Source: Mustelus asterias
Taxonomy: Eukaryota
Assembly (NCBI RefSeq): GCF_964213995.1
Contig: NC_135809.1
Location: 78,430,001 to 78,494,000, forward strand
DNA length: 64,000 bases
Direction of reading: 5' to 3'
Under the pieces are notes generated by a model, which saw only the letters and a list, made by a program, of their open reading frames with translations, was not told the DNA's origin and ran no database searches. Position 1 is the stretch's first letter. Each line of letters begins with the position of its first letter. Shown piece by piece: positions 1-11,199 of this stretch. Position numbers and translations under genes: made by a program.

Positions 1-3000
1 CTCTGCGTGGTGGTTCGCTCTGCGTGGTGGCTCGTTCTGCGTGGTGGTTCGCTCTGTGTGGTGGTTCGCTCTGTGTGGTGGTTCGCTCTGTGTGGTGGCT
101 CGTTCTGCGTGGTGGTTCGCTCTGCGTGGTGGTTCGCTCTGCGTGGTGGTTCGCTCTGCGTGGTGGTTCGCTCTGTGTGGTGGTTCGCTCTGTGTGGTGG
201 TTCGCTCTGTGTGGTGGCTCGTTCTGCGTGGTGGTTCGCTCTGTGTGGTGGTTCGCTCTGTGTGGTGGTTCGCTCTGTGTGGTGGCTCGTTCTGCGTGGT
301 GGCTCGCTCTGCGTGGTGGCTCGTTCTGCGTGGTGGTTCGCTCTGTGTGGTGGCTCGTTCTGTGTGGTGGCTCGCTCTGTGTGTTGGTTCGCTCTGTGTG
401 GTGGCTCGTTCTGCGTGGTGGCTCACTCTGCGTGGTGGCTCACTCTGCGTGGTGGTTCGCTCTGTGTGGTGGCTCACTCTGTGTGGTGGTTCGCTCTGCG
501 TGGTGGCTCGCTCTGTGTGGTGGCTCACTCTGTGTGGTGGCTCACTCTGTGTGGTGGTTCGCTCTGCGTGGTGGCTCGCTCTGTGTGGTGGTTCGCTCTG
601 CGTGGTGGTTCGCTCTGCGTGCTGGCTCGCTCTGCGTGGTGGCTCGTTCTGCGTGGTGGCTCGCTCTGTGTGGCTCGCTCTGCGTGGTGGCTCGTTCTGC
701 GTGGTGGCTCGTTCTGCGTGGTGGTTCGCTCTGCGTGGTGGCTCGTTCTGCGTGGTGGTTCGCTCTGCGTGGTGGCTCGCTCTGTGTGGTGGCTCGTTCT
801 GCGTGGTGGCTCGTTCTGCGTGGTGGTTCGCTCTGCGTGCTGGCTCGCTCTGCGTGGTGGCTCGTTCTGCGTGGTGGCTCGCTCTGCGTGGTGGCTCGCT
901 CTGCGTGGTGGCTCGTTCTGCGTGGTGGCTCGCTCTGCGTGGTGGCTCGTTCTGCGTGGTGGCTCGTTCTGCGTGGTGGCTCGCTCTGCGTGGTGGCTCG
1001 CTCTGTGTGGCTCGCTCTGTGTGGCTCGCTCTGCGTGGTGGCTCGCTCTGTGTGGCTCGCTCTGCGTGGTGGCTCGTTCTGCGTGGTGGCTCGCTCTGTG
1101 TGGCTCGCTCTGCGTGGTGGCTCGCTCTGTGTGGTGGTTCGCTCTGTGTGGTGGCTCGTTCTGTGTGGCTCGCTCTGCGTGGTGGCTCGCTCTGCGTGGT
1201 GGCCCGCTCTGCGTGGTGGCTCGCTCTGTGTGGTGGTTCGCTCTGTATGGTGGCTCGTTCTGTGTGGCTCGCTCTGCGTGGTGGCTCGCTCTGTGTGGTG
1301 GTTCGCTCTGCGTGGTGGCTCGCTCTGCGTGGTGGCTCGCTCTGCGTGGTGGCTCGCTCTGTGTGGCTCGCTCTGCGTGGTGGCTCGCTCTGCGTGGTGG
1401 CTCGCTCTGTGTGGCTCGCTCTGCGTGGTGGCTCGCTCTGCGTGGTGGCTCGCTCTGTGTGGTGGTTCGCTCTGTGTGGCTCACTCTGCGTGGTGGCTCG
1501 CTCTGTGTGGCTCACTCTGCGTGGTGGCTCGCTCTGTGTGGTGGCTCACTCTGTGAGTGGCTCACTCTGCGTGGTGGTTCGCTCTGTGAGGTGGCTCACT
1601 CTGTGAGGTGGCTCACTCTGTGTGGCTCGCTCTGTGTGGTGGCCCGCTCTGTGTGGTGGCCCGCTCTGTGTGGCTCGCTCTGTGAGGTGGCTCACTCTGT
1701 GAGGTGGCTCGCTCTGTGAGGTGGCTCACTCTGTGAGGTGGCTCACTCTGCGTGGTGGTTCGCTCTGTGTGGTGGCTCGCTCTGTGTGGTGGCTCGCTCT
1801 GTGAGGTGGCTCACTCTGTGAGGTGGCTCACTCTGCGTGGTGGTTCGCTCTGTGTGTTGGTTCGCTCTGTGTGGTGGCTCGCTCTGTGTGTTGGTTCGCT
1901 CTGTGTGGTGGTTCGCTCTGCGTGGTGGCTCACTCTGCGTGGTGGTTCGCTCTGTGTGGTGGTTCGCTCTGTGTGTTGGTTCGCTCTGTGTGTTGGTTCG
2001 CTCTGTGTGGTGGCTCGCTCTGTGTGTTGGTTCGCTCTGTGTGGTGGTTCGCTCTGCGTGGTGGCTCATTCTGCGTGGTGGCTCGTTCTGCGTGGTGGCT
2101 CGTTCTGCATGGTGGCTCGCTCTGCGTGGTGGCTCGTTCTGCGTGGTGGCTCGTTCTGCGTGGTGGTTCGCTCTGCGTGGTGGTTCGCTCTGTGTGGTGG
2201 TTCGCTCTGCGTGGTGGCTCGTTCTGTGTGGTGGTTCGCTCTGCGTGGTGGTTCGCTCTGCGTGGTGGCTCGCTCTGTGAGGTGGCTCGTTCTGCGTGGT
2301 GGTTCGCTCTGCGTGGTGGTTCGCTCTGCGTGGTGGCTCGCTCTGTGTGGTGGTTCGCTCTGTGTGGTGGTTCACTCTGTGTGGTGGCTCGTTCTGCGTG
2401 GTGGTTCGCTCTGTGTGGTGGTTCACTCTGTGTGGTGGCTCGTTCTGCGTGGTGGTTCGCTCTGTGTGGTGGTTCGCTCTGCGTGGTGGCTCGTTCTGCG
2501 TGGTGGCTCGTTCTGCGTGGTGGTTCGCTCTGCGTGGTGGTTCGCTCTGTGTGGTGGTTCGCTCTGCGTGGTGGCTCGTTCTGTGTGGTGGTTCGCTCTG
2601 CGTGGTGGTTCGCTCTGCGTGGTGGTTCGCTCTGCGTGGTCGTTCGCTCTGTGTGGTGGTTCGCTCTGTGTGGTGGTTCGCTCTGTGTGGTGGCTCGTTC
2701 TGCGTGGTGGTTCGCTCTGCGTGGTGGTTCGCTCTGCGTGGTGGTTCGCTCTGCGTGGTGGTTCGCTCTGCGTGGTGGTTCGCTCTGTGAGGTGGCTCGT
2801 TCTGTGTGGTGGTTCGCTCTGCGTGGTGGTTCGCTCTGCGTGGTGGTTCGCTCTGCGTGGTGGTTCGCTCTGCGTGGTGGTTCGCTCTGCGTGGTGGTTC
2901 GCTCTGTGTGGTGGTTCGCTCTGTGTGGTGGTTCGCTCTGTGTGGTGGCTCGTTCTGCGTGGTGGTTCGCTCTGCGTGGTGGTTCGCTCTGCGTGGTGGT

Positions 3001-4686
3001 TCGCTCTGCGTGGTGGTTCGCTCTGTGTGGTGGTTCGCTCTGTGTGGTGGTTCGCTCTGTGTGGTGGCTCGTTCTGCGTGGTGGTTCGCTCTGTGTGGTG
3101 GTTCGCTCTGTGTGGTGGTTCGCTCTGTGTGGTGGCTCGTTCTGCGTGGTGGCTCGCTCTGCGTGGTGGCTCGTTCTGCGTGGTGGTTCGCTCTGTGTGG
3201 TGGCTCGTTCTGCGTGGTGGCTCGCTCTGCGTGGTGGCTCGTTCTGTGTGGTGGTTCGCTCTGTGTGGTGGCTCGTTCTGTGTGGTGGCTCACTCTGTGT
3301 GGTGGCTCACTCTGCGTGGTGGTTCGCTCTGTGTGGTGGCTCGTTCTGCGTGGTGGCTCACTCTGTGTGGTGGCTCACTCTGCGTGGTGGTTCGCTCTGT
3401 GTGGTGGTTCGCTCTGTGTGGTGGCTCGTTCTGCGTGGTGGCTCACTCTGTGTGGTGGTTCGCTCTGCGTGGTGGCTCACTCTGCGTGGTGGCTCGCTCT
3501 GTGTGGTGGCTCGTTCTGCGTGGTGGCTCGTTCTGCGTGGTGGCTCGTTCTGCGTGGTGGTTCGCTCTGCGTGGTGGCTCGTTCTGCGTGGTGGTTCGCT
3601 CTGCGTGGTGGCTCGCTCTGTGTGGTGGCTCGTTCTGCGTGGTGGCTCGTTCTGCGTGGTGGTTCGCTCTGCGTGCTGGCTCGCTCTGCGTGGTGGCTCG
3701 TTCTGCGTGGTGGCTCGCTCTGTGTGGCTCGCTCTGCGTGGTGGCTCGTTCTGCGTGGTGGCTCGTTCTGCGTGGTGGCTCGCTCTGCGTGGTGGCTCGT
3801 TCTGCGTGGTGGCTCGCTCTGCGTGGTGGCTCGCTCTGTGTGGCTCGCTCTGCGTGGTGGCTCGCTCTGCGTGGTGGCTCGCTCTGCGTGGTGGCTCGCT
3901 CTGCGTGGTGGTTCGCTCTGTGTGGTGGTTCGTTCTGTGTGGCTCGCTCTGCGTGGTGGCTCGCTCTGCGTGGTGGCCCGCTCTGCGTGGTGGCTCGCTC
4001 TGTGTGGTGGTTCGCTCTGTGTGGTGGCTCACTCTGTGTGGCTCGCTCTGCGTGGTGGCTCGCTCTGTGTGGCTCGCTCTGCGTGGTGGCTCGCTCTGCG
4101 TGGTGGCTCGCTCTGCGTGGTGGCTCGCTCTGTGTGGCTCGCTCTGCGTGGTGGCTCGCTCTGTGTGGCTCGCTCTGCGTGGTGGCTCGCTCTGTGTGGT
4201 GGTTCGCTCTGTGTGGCTCGCTCTGCGTGGTGGCTCGCTCTGCGTGGTGGTTCGCTCTGTGTGGTGGCTCACTCTGCGTGGTGGCTCACTCTGCGTGGTG
4301 GCTCACTCTGTGTGGTGGCTCACTCTGTGTGGTGGCTCGCTCTGTGTGGTGGCTCGCTCTGTGTGGTGGTTTGCTCTGTGTGGTGGTTTGCTCTGTGTGG
4401 TGGCTCGCTCTGCTTGGTGGCTCGTTCTGCGTGGTGGTTCGCTCTGCGTGCTGGCTCGCTCTGCGTGGTGGCTCGTTCTGCGTGGTGGCTCGTTCTGCGT
4501 GGTGGTTCGCTCTGCGTGGTGGCTCGTTCTGCGTGGTGGCTCGCTCTGCGTGGTGGCTCGCTCTGCGTGGTGGCTCGCTCTGTGTGTCTCGCTCTGCGTG
4601 GTGGCTCGCTCTGCGTGGTGGCTCGCTCTGTGTGGTGGCCCGCTCTGTGTGGTGGCCCGCTCTGCGTGGTGGCCCGCTCTGCATGG
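1..4686. repeat. 17-bp G/T-rich minisatellite array, runs off the left edge
   Basis: Tandem unit CTCTG(C/T)GTGGTGG(T/C)TCG with variants (-GTTCTG-, -CTCAC-, -GAGG-, -CCCG-) and 14-bp deletion units. A is almost absent from the + strand. Confidence 0.98.
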
Positions 4687-5716
4687 TGATTTCAGCCTCT
4701 TCAGTGGGAATAGGCCTCGCCCCTGGATTTTCAGAGTGAATACCTCCAGGGCTCACTGCAATGCTCAGAGTGTCAGAGATTCATTCTAGAAATCTCACTA
4801 AAAAAAGCGGACGGAGTTACGTCTGTTTTCACATGAATTGGGGATTTAGAATTTATTTGGGAGAATCCTGGCTCATACTTTGACACAATTACTTTCATTC
4901 TCTGTCTTGTTTCAACACTAAACTCATTTCAAATACATCACCCAAAGCATAGAGTATACTTATCTCATCGATAAGACCTCTGTGACTTTCTTGTGTGATC
5001 AGTTCCATGAGGGCGTGCAACCTTTGGATCAGAATTTCCAGGCAGAATATGGCCGGCTAACAGTATCTCTGGATACGGGATTTTTAACCCGACAGGGATA
5101 GAGAAGGTTCTGGAACCTCCTTCTCTGCATGTTAATGTGTTCTTGTCACCTATTGATTGGCTGACGTATTCTTTGATTTAGCTGAAAAGATCTTGGCCTA
5201 TTTTGAAAATAGAATAATGAACTTGCTCCATGTGTTCTTTTAATCTGATATCAGACGTGCAACTTCATATTTTGTATAACTTTTGTTTTCTAAACCTTCT
5301 TCTAATCTGATTTAAATATAGCTTTTTTAGCCACTTTGTGTCCACATTTTAACCTAAGTTCTATAAGAAGACTCTATATCAAGCATAAAATATCTTCAGG
5401 AACATGCCTAATATTAACCTGTGTAAGTTTAAAGACCAATCTGGTGAAAACCACAAATTAATTAATAATTATTTAATTAAAACTGTAGTCACTCCTTCAT
5501 TTTGAGGGGTGGGGGGGATGGGGGTTGTCCAGCTATTCATATCAGTTAAAACAGAAAATGCTGGATAAACACAGCAGGTCTGGCAGCATTTGTGGAGGGA
5601 GAAAAAATGTTAACATTTTGAATACATACGACCCTTCTTCAGAACGGAAGAGGGGTAGAAATGTAAAGAATTATACAGTTGGAGAGATGAAGGGGAACAT
5701 TCACAGGGGAAAATGA

Positions 5717-6302
5717 CCTGGGTTTGATTCCCGGCTTGGATCACTGTCTGTGGAGTTTGCACATTCTCCCCGTGTCTGCATGGGTGTGATGACTTTATGA
5801 TGTGGAGATTGTGTGGCTTTTGCTACCAAATAAACCTGTTGGACTTTAACCTGGTGTTGTTAAACTTTTTACTGTGATGACTTTAGCCAGGCTAATGAGG
5901 TTGGCTTGCTAGAGGATGAACTACCTGATGAGTCCTAAATGGTTCATGCTCCCTATTTAAAGCAGGTGTGTCAGACTCCCAGCTTGCATTCAGCAGGGAG
6001 CAACTGGAGAGCTCGTTGTGTACAGATATGTGGTGTAAATAAAGTAACTTGGTGACGGGACTTTTGCCTCCATGGAGTTATTAGAGTGGGTTTCCTCCGG
6101 CTGCTCTGGTTTCACCCACAATCTGAAAGATGTGCGGGTTAGGTAGATTGGTCATGTTAAATTGCCCTTTAGTGTCAGGGGCACTAGCTAGGATACTTGC
6201 ATGGGGGTTATGGGGATAGGGCCTGGGTGGGATTGTAGTCGATGCAGAGTCGATGGGCCGAATGGCCTCCTCCTGCACTGTAGGATTCTATGATTCTATG
6301 AT
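5717..6302 (+). mobile_element. HE1-type tRNA-derived V-SINE split by a solo LTR
   Basis: 5717-5784 and 6086-6302 join into the same SINE seen intact at 14703-15052; tail TTCTATGATTCTATG. Confidence 0.9.
5785..6085 (+). mobile_element. Solo LTR containing a short PLE family A fragment (5798-5872)
   Basis: Starts TGTGATG, has TATTTAAA and AATAAA, 5-bp TSD ATGGG/GTGGG. The inner PLE piece is flanked by duplicated TGTGATGACTTTA (5785-5797, 5873-5885). Confidence 0.75.
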
Positions 6303-6895
6303 GTCGGAGTAAAGAAGAGATTGAGAAGGGCACTGAAGAAGTGCTAATAGTGGCAAAAGATAGCAGAATGTGTGAATAGGAGAACAAAGGTCAATGCTGA
6401 GATCAAACCTGAATACAAGGGACGGATGGCCATGTGGGGGAGCAGTGGAGTGGGGTTGTGTTGGGGCAAGCCAAGGGAACCTAGAATCAAAAAGGGGGTG
6501 GGAAGCACGGTCAAGGTGGAGGGGAAAATTCACAGTCTAAAGTTATTGAACTCAATGTTGAGTCCAGAAGGTTGTATTGTGTTGTAATCGGAAGATGAGG
6601 TGTGGTTCTTCCACTTTGCATTGGGCATCACTGAAGCATTGTAGCAGGGCAAGGATGGATACCTGGGCATGAGAGCAAGATGCTGAGCTGAAATGGCATT
6701 TTTACCCTATTCATGCGGGTTGATGGATTAGGTCTCAGCTGCCAATGTTCCTTATCTGTTATTTCCATAGTTACCTAGATTCCAATAGGGCAGACCTATT
6801 TCGTTTGTTTAAATCTACAAAAATAATTCTGGCAAGTTAATCCTAATTTAAATGTAAAGACAAAAGTAATATAATAGGTTATTTACTGAACTTCA

Positions 6896-7028
6896 GAGGT
6901 TGAGGTAAGAGTGACTACCTTTGACATCAAGGCAGCGTTAGACCGAGTTTGACATCAAGGAGCCCCAGCAAAACTGGAATAAAGGGGAATAAGGAGGAAA
7001 TCTCTCCACTGGCTGGAGTCATAACTGG
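6896..7028 (+). mobile_element. CR1/L2-group LINE RT fragment
   Basis: Translates EVRVTTFDIKAALDRV*HQGAPAKLE*RGIRRKSLHWLES; same family as 26790-28232. Confidence 0.75.
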
Positions 7029-7384
7029 TGTAGACCAAGTAATCACATGAGAAGATGATGATGCCTCCACGAAAGAAGTTACATGGCAGGAGCGCGGGAG
7101 TTACCTCCGAAAGTGCGGGAATTATCCCTGAGATTGTGGGCAGATTAAAAGGGTTGTAGCTATTGAGCTCGGGAATAAACTACCTTTGTTGGAAGTCCTT
7201 GATGTCAGTGTTTTGAGGAATCCACAACAATTTACATGGTGTCAGAAGTAGGCAGTGTGGCACGAAGATTTCACCGCATCGACCCACCCGTCTTTGATGA
7301 AAATATTGCAAATGGTTGGGAGAAGTTCCAGAAGGAGTGGTGTATTTACTGTGATACTGCATTCTCTGACAGATCAAAAAAGGT

Positions 7385-7764
7385 CATGATGTGGAGATGC
7401 CGGCGTTGGACTGGGGTGAACACAGTGTGGTGGACTTCAGTTGTGCCGTTGTTATGCCTGGACACATCCCCTGCCGGCTCGGCTCCTCCCCCCTTGTCAC
7501 CTAGTATAAAGGTGGCTGTCTCCTCCCCCTTGTTCAGTTCGGGTCGGTTACCTGTTGGGATGTGCTCCTGATTCTGTTATGAATAAAAGCCTACAGTTGT
7601 ATTGGCACACAAGTAGTCTTTTGCCTAATTGATAGCGCATCACACAGTAAGAGTTTTAACAACACCAGGTTAAAAGTCCAACAGGTTTATTTGGTAGCAA
7701 ATAAACCAAATAAACCAAATAAACCTGTTGGACTTTAACCTGGTGTTGTTAAAACTCTTACTGT
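7385..7764 (-). mobile_element. PLE family A inverted terminal-repeat insertion
   Basis: Family tail CATGATGTGGAGATGCCGGCG, inverted arms about 7645-7764, 14-bp near-TSD AGATCAAAAAAGGT/AAATCGAAAAAGGT. Confidence 0.85.
7426..7642 (+). mobile_element. Solo LTR nested in the PLE
   Basis: TG...CA ends, TATAAA and AATAAA, perfect 5-bp TSD CACAG (7421-7425, 7643-7647). Confidence 0.85.
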
Positions 7765-9947
7765 AAATCGAAAAAGGTACAGGCTTATATCCTGTTAACT
7801 CTCTTGATCCATACACTGTCAAAAAATTTGAGTCGTTTGTTCTTCAGACAGAGGAGGAAAAAGTAGACCCAGAGATAATCCTGAAAAAGTTCAAGAATAT
7901 CTGTCTCCCGGTAAAAAACATAACTCTTGATAGACATCTGTTCAAATCAATGAACCAAAGAGCATTGCGTCAATACAATCTTACACGGCCACCTTTAAAG
8001 TATTGCCAAATAAATATGCATGAGGAGCTGTTACTGAAGACCTAATCAGGGATCAGGTAGTTTGTGGAAAATATAGCGATTTAGTCTATAAGCAGCTGCT
8101 GTAAGAAAAAGACTTAACATTACACAGCCATCAATATCTGTATGTTAAACAGACAATCAGATAAACAAAGCAGGAATTTTAAGTGGGAAACCGAAGTATT
8201 CATAGTACACGGGATGCCCTGCTCCAACTGGAGCGGTCCACAAACTCGGCAAACTAACATCTGGTCAACCGGTCAGGACTCAGATCGCATGTGGCCATGA
8301 CCAGTTGGTGGTGGTGCACAGCAATGCTTAACAGCTGAACAATTACATGGTAGCCTCAGATGGTGCCCATTTTGTACACAATTGTCATCACCTTCTGCAA
8401 GGAGCAGAATCAGCACCAACAGATAACACCGCACTTCAATCATCCGCCTACGGCACCAGCCCTCCGCACCAGTGGACATGCAGTCTCCTATAGAGGCTAA
8501 TACAGCAAATCTTGCACCTGATGACCTCACAGATGAAACATCCCATTTTGCTAACAGTAAGGACACTGGCCACAGAAAGTCTACAACACCACTGACTGGT
8601 GTAATCACACGCTCAGGGTGCCTGACTAGGTCAAACACAAAATTCCAGGACTTCATTACCATCTAGCCTAGAACTGACTTTCAAATTGCAGGATTTCTTT
8701 CCAACAGAAAAGGTGGGGGAGAAGGCGACGTGATGGGCTATGCACCATTTGCTACAGTTTTATCCATGTCTCTATATATCTGTAAGTAGTTATATATTGT
8801 CAGTTTGTTTAATGGTATGTCACACAATGGTCTGTACATAGTTTCCTACTGTGCACACTTTTACACCTCATACCACCGGGTATCCCAACTAAACAGGGAA
8901 GATGTAGACTAAGTGGTCACGTAAGAATGCAATGGCGTGACTACAAATGTGGTCACATGGTGGGAGCGCGGGACTTATCCCTGGGAGCATAAGCCCAGCA
9001 CAAATGTATATAGCTGTTAAGCTCAGGAATAAACTACCCTGGTTGGAAGTTCTTGTTGCCAGTGATTTAGGGAACCCACAACATTCTACAGTCAGTTTCA
9101 CTGTTAATAGGTGCCTGCAAACAAACTCCGTCTGTAAAGGGCCCCTGAGGCCAAGTTTCCACTTTATGTGTTGGAATGGGGTTGCTATAGAGATAATATC
9201 CCGTGACGTGGTTCAGTAGCAGCCTAATGAGACTGAAAGTCAAACAGAAACCTTTATTCCTTGCAGCCATTGGCACCATCAGTGCGACTGGAAATTCTGG
9301 AGACAAACATGTTCTTTCATTATCTATCATTGCACCACATGAATGTGGCCTTTGAAGTGGCAGCTTATGTTAGGTCACCACAAGGAGCCTGGGGCAAGAG
9401 CGTTTATTCATCATTTATGGCTGGGCTCACAGGGGTTTGAGAAAATGGGAAGAAAAATGAAAATCAATAATCAGCTGTGTGTGTCATTCTATAACGTCAC
9501 CTTTCCTGTACGGGCACGCCCGCTAAGAGCTGTAAGTAGATCTGTGCTATTGATCCTCAGGAGAAGAGGCAGAAAAATTCACTGGAGATTACTTAATGGA
9601 GGTAGCTGAAGGGACTGGAAGATGACCGCGGAACACCCTGTCAGAAGTATTGTGATGTTTCCTTTGTTTAAATCTATTCATAGATGAAGGATTCCAGTCA
9701 TGAGGACCAGTCATGAGGATCAGGAGTGCATCAGCAACACATGCACTCTGAGATCAGGTACAACAAAGGTTAGATACAGATTAAATGTTCCTCTACATTG
9801 TCCTGTCAAACACTGTCATGTCAAGTACTGTGTGGGTTAGATTCAAGGTGGGGAAACCTTGGAGGGCCAGATTTTAATATGAAAACTGTATGGAAGCCAG
9901 CCACAAAAGCTCAGTATGTACAAATAAATATAAAACCTTTATTGGTA

Positions 9948-10232
9948 TGTTAACAGTACCAAACCCATGGCTTAATGTTCACTTCTGTTTACAATGGCAT
10001 TGAAGTCTGGTGTCACTTTTTGACTTTCTTCACAGATGCTGCCTAAGGGAACAAGCCATGTGACCTTGGATGTAGGGTGAGGTGCTGGGATCCGCCCAGA
10101 GTGGACAATTTACATTTGGAGTGTGGAGTGAATTGACTGAATAAAGAGCTGTGTTCCCTGATGCCTGACTGTGGCGCAGTTATTGAGGAGAATCCTCAGT
10201 ACAACAGGATTTAACACTGGCGATGAAGGTGG
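9948..10232 (+). mobile_element. Truncated LTR plus primer-binding site
   Basis: TGTTAA...TTAACA termini (9948-10216), internal AATAAA, followed by TGGCGATGAAG (degenerate TGGCGACGAG-type PBS). Confidence 0.55.
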
Positions 10233-10239
10233 AATGTTT

Positions 10240-10998
10240 TGACGGCCTATAAAGTGAAGGACAGGAATATTTCCTCGGGTGGAAAAGTCCAGGACAGGCC
10301 TCATAATCGTTGGATTAAAGTTAGGCCGTTCGGGGGCGATGTTGGAATAATTTTCCTCACACAAAGAGTGTAAACGATTGAAACATTCAAAATCAGATGA
10401 GTAGATTTTTGTTAGACATTAAGGGTTATGGAGCCAAGTCAGATATCATAGAATCATAGAAACCCTACAGTGCAGAAGGAGGCCATTTGGCCCACTGAGT
10501 CTGCACCGACCACAATCCCACCCAGGCCCTATCCCCGTAACCCCACACATTTACCCTGCTATTCTCCCCGACACTAAGGTCAATTTATCACAGCCAATCA
10601 ATCTAACCTGCACATCTTTGGACTGTGGGAGGAAAACAAAGCACTCAGAGGAAACCCACACAGACACAGGGAGAATGTGCAAACTCCATACAGACAGTGA
10701 CCCAAGCCAGGAATTGAACCTGGGTCTCTGGCACTGTGAGGCAGCAGTGCTAACCACTGTGCCACCCTGCTGTCCCATCAGCATCACTGCTCTGCTGCCC
10801 TCACGTGGACACTTGCCTTCACACAAAGACGGAGGGTCTCTTCCGGAAGTTCACCTTCTGGTCACAGTGACTGCGCCTATGCAAATCTTACCTGAAACAG
10901 CCAATCAGCGTTGCCACTCTGCTGCCCTCACCTGGATATATGGAGCTCAGATATAGATCAGCCATAATCTAAACAAATGAATGGTTTGCTTCTGTTCC
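10240..10998 (+). mobile_element. Old CR1 3' fragment interrupted by a SINE
   Basis: Degenerate TTCCTCACACAAAGAGTG, AAGGGTTATGG and AGATCAGCCAT CR1 3' motifs on either side of the SINE. Confidence 0.5.
10446..10774 (-). mobile_element. HE1-type V-SINE, near full length
   Basis: tRNA-like head with A/B boxes, V-domain body, CR1-like tail with CATAGAA repeats. Confidence 0.93.
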
Positions 10999-11199
10999 AA
11001 TGAAATAGGAAGGTTCAATCCTCGATCCCTGATCTTTACAGTGCTGGCTGGTTCTGCCAACCACCACCCTCAGGTTCAGCCAAGGATCCCCTGTTGAAAG
11101 GCTCTGACCAAACGAGTCTGCTGACTCATTCTCAAAGTTACAACATGAAGAGTGGCCATTTTAGAGATGAATAACATATGCCCCGCCCACAACATGGCT

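Larger units (their letters stand above)
5547..6698 (-). mobile_element. PLE family B 3' fragment (GIY-YIG C-terminus plus terminal repeat), interrupted by a SINE nest
   Basis: Minus strand about 6535-6698 reads CHFSSASCSHAQVSILALLQCFSDAQCKVEEPHLIFRL...GLNIEFNNF, typical of the PLE endonuclease end. 5547-5660 matches the terminal repeat at 51665-52207. Confidence 0.75.
7029..9090 (+). mobile_element. Internally deleted Gypsy LTR retrotransposon
   Basis: 5' LTR 7029-7236 (TG..CA, AATAAA); PBS TGGTGTCAGAAGT at 7237 (tRNA-Leu-like); degenerate gag (KKFKNICLPVKNITLDRHLF, LIRDQVVCG); pol C-terminal TRSG motif near 8600; purine tract, then related 3' LTR 8903-9090. Confidence 0.85.

Noticed and set aside
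1-4686. CRISPR-like array
   Set aside because: No unique spacers, no cas genes, vertebrate repeat context.
7-4789. Long ORFs (up to 995 aa) on both strands, including His-rich minus-strand repeats
   Set aside because: Artefact of a stop-free 17-bp unit: every frame gives the same 17-residue cycle.
4850-5197. Possible minus-strand terminal exon (acceptor near 5198, AATAAA near 4853)
   Set aside because: All frames stop within 17 codons, no recognisable peptide, no partner exon.
9501-9637. Minus-strand exon-like segment
   Set aside because: Stops in all three frames; no support for reading the TGA as selenocysteine.
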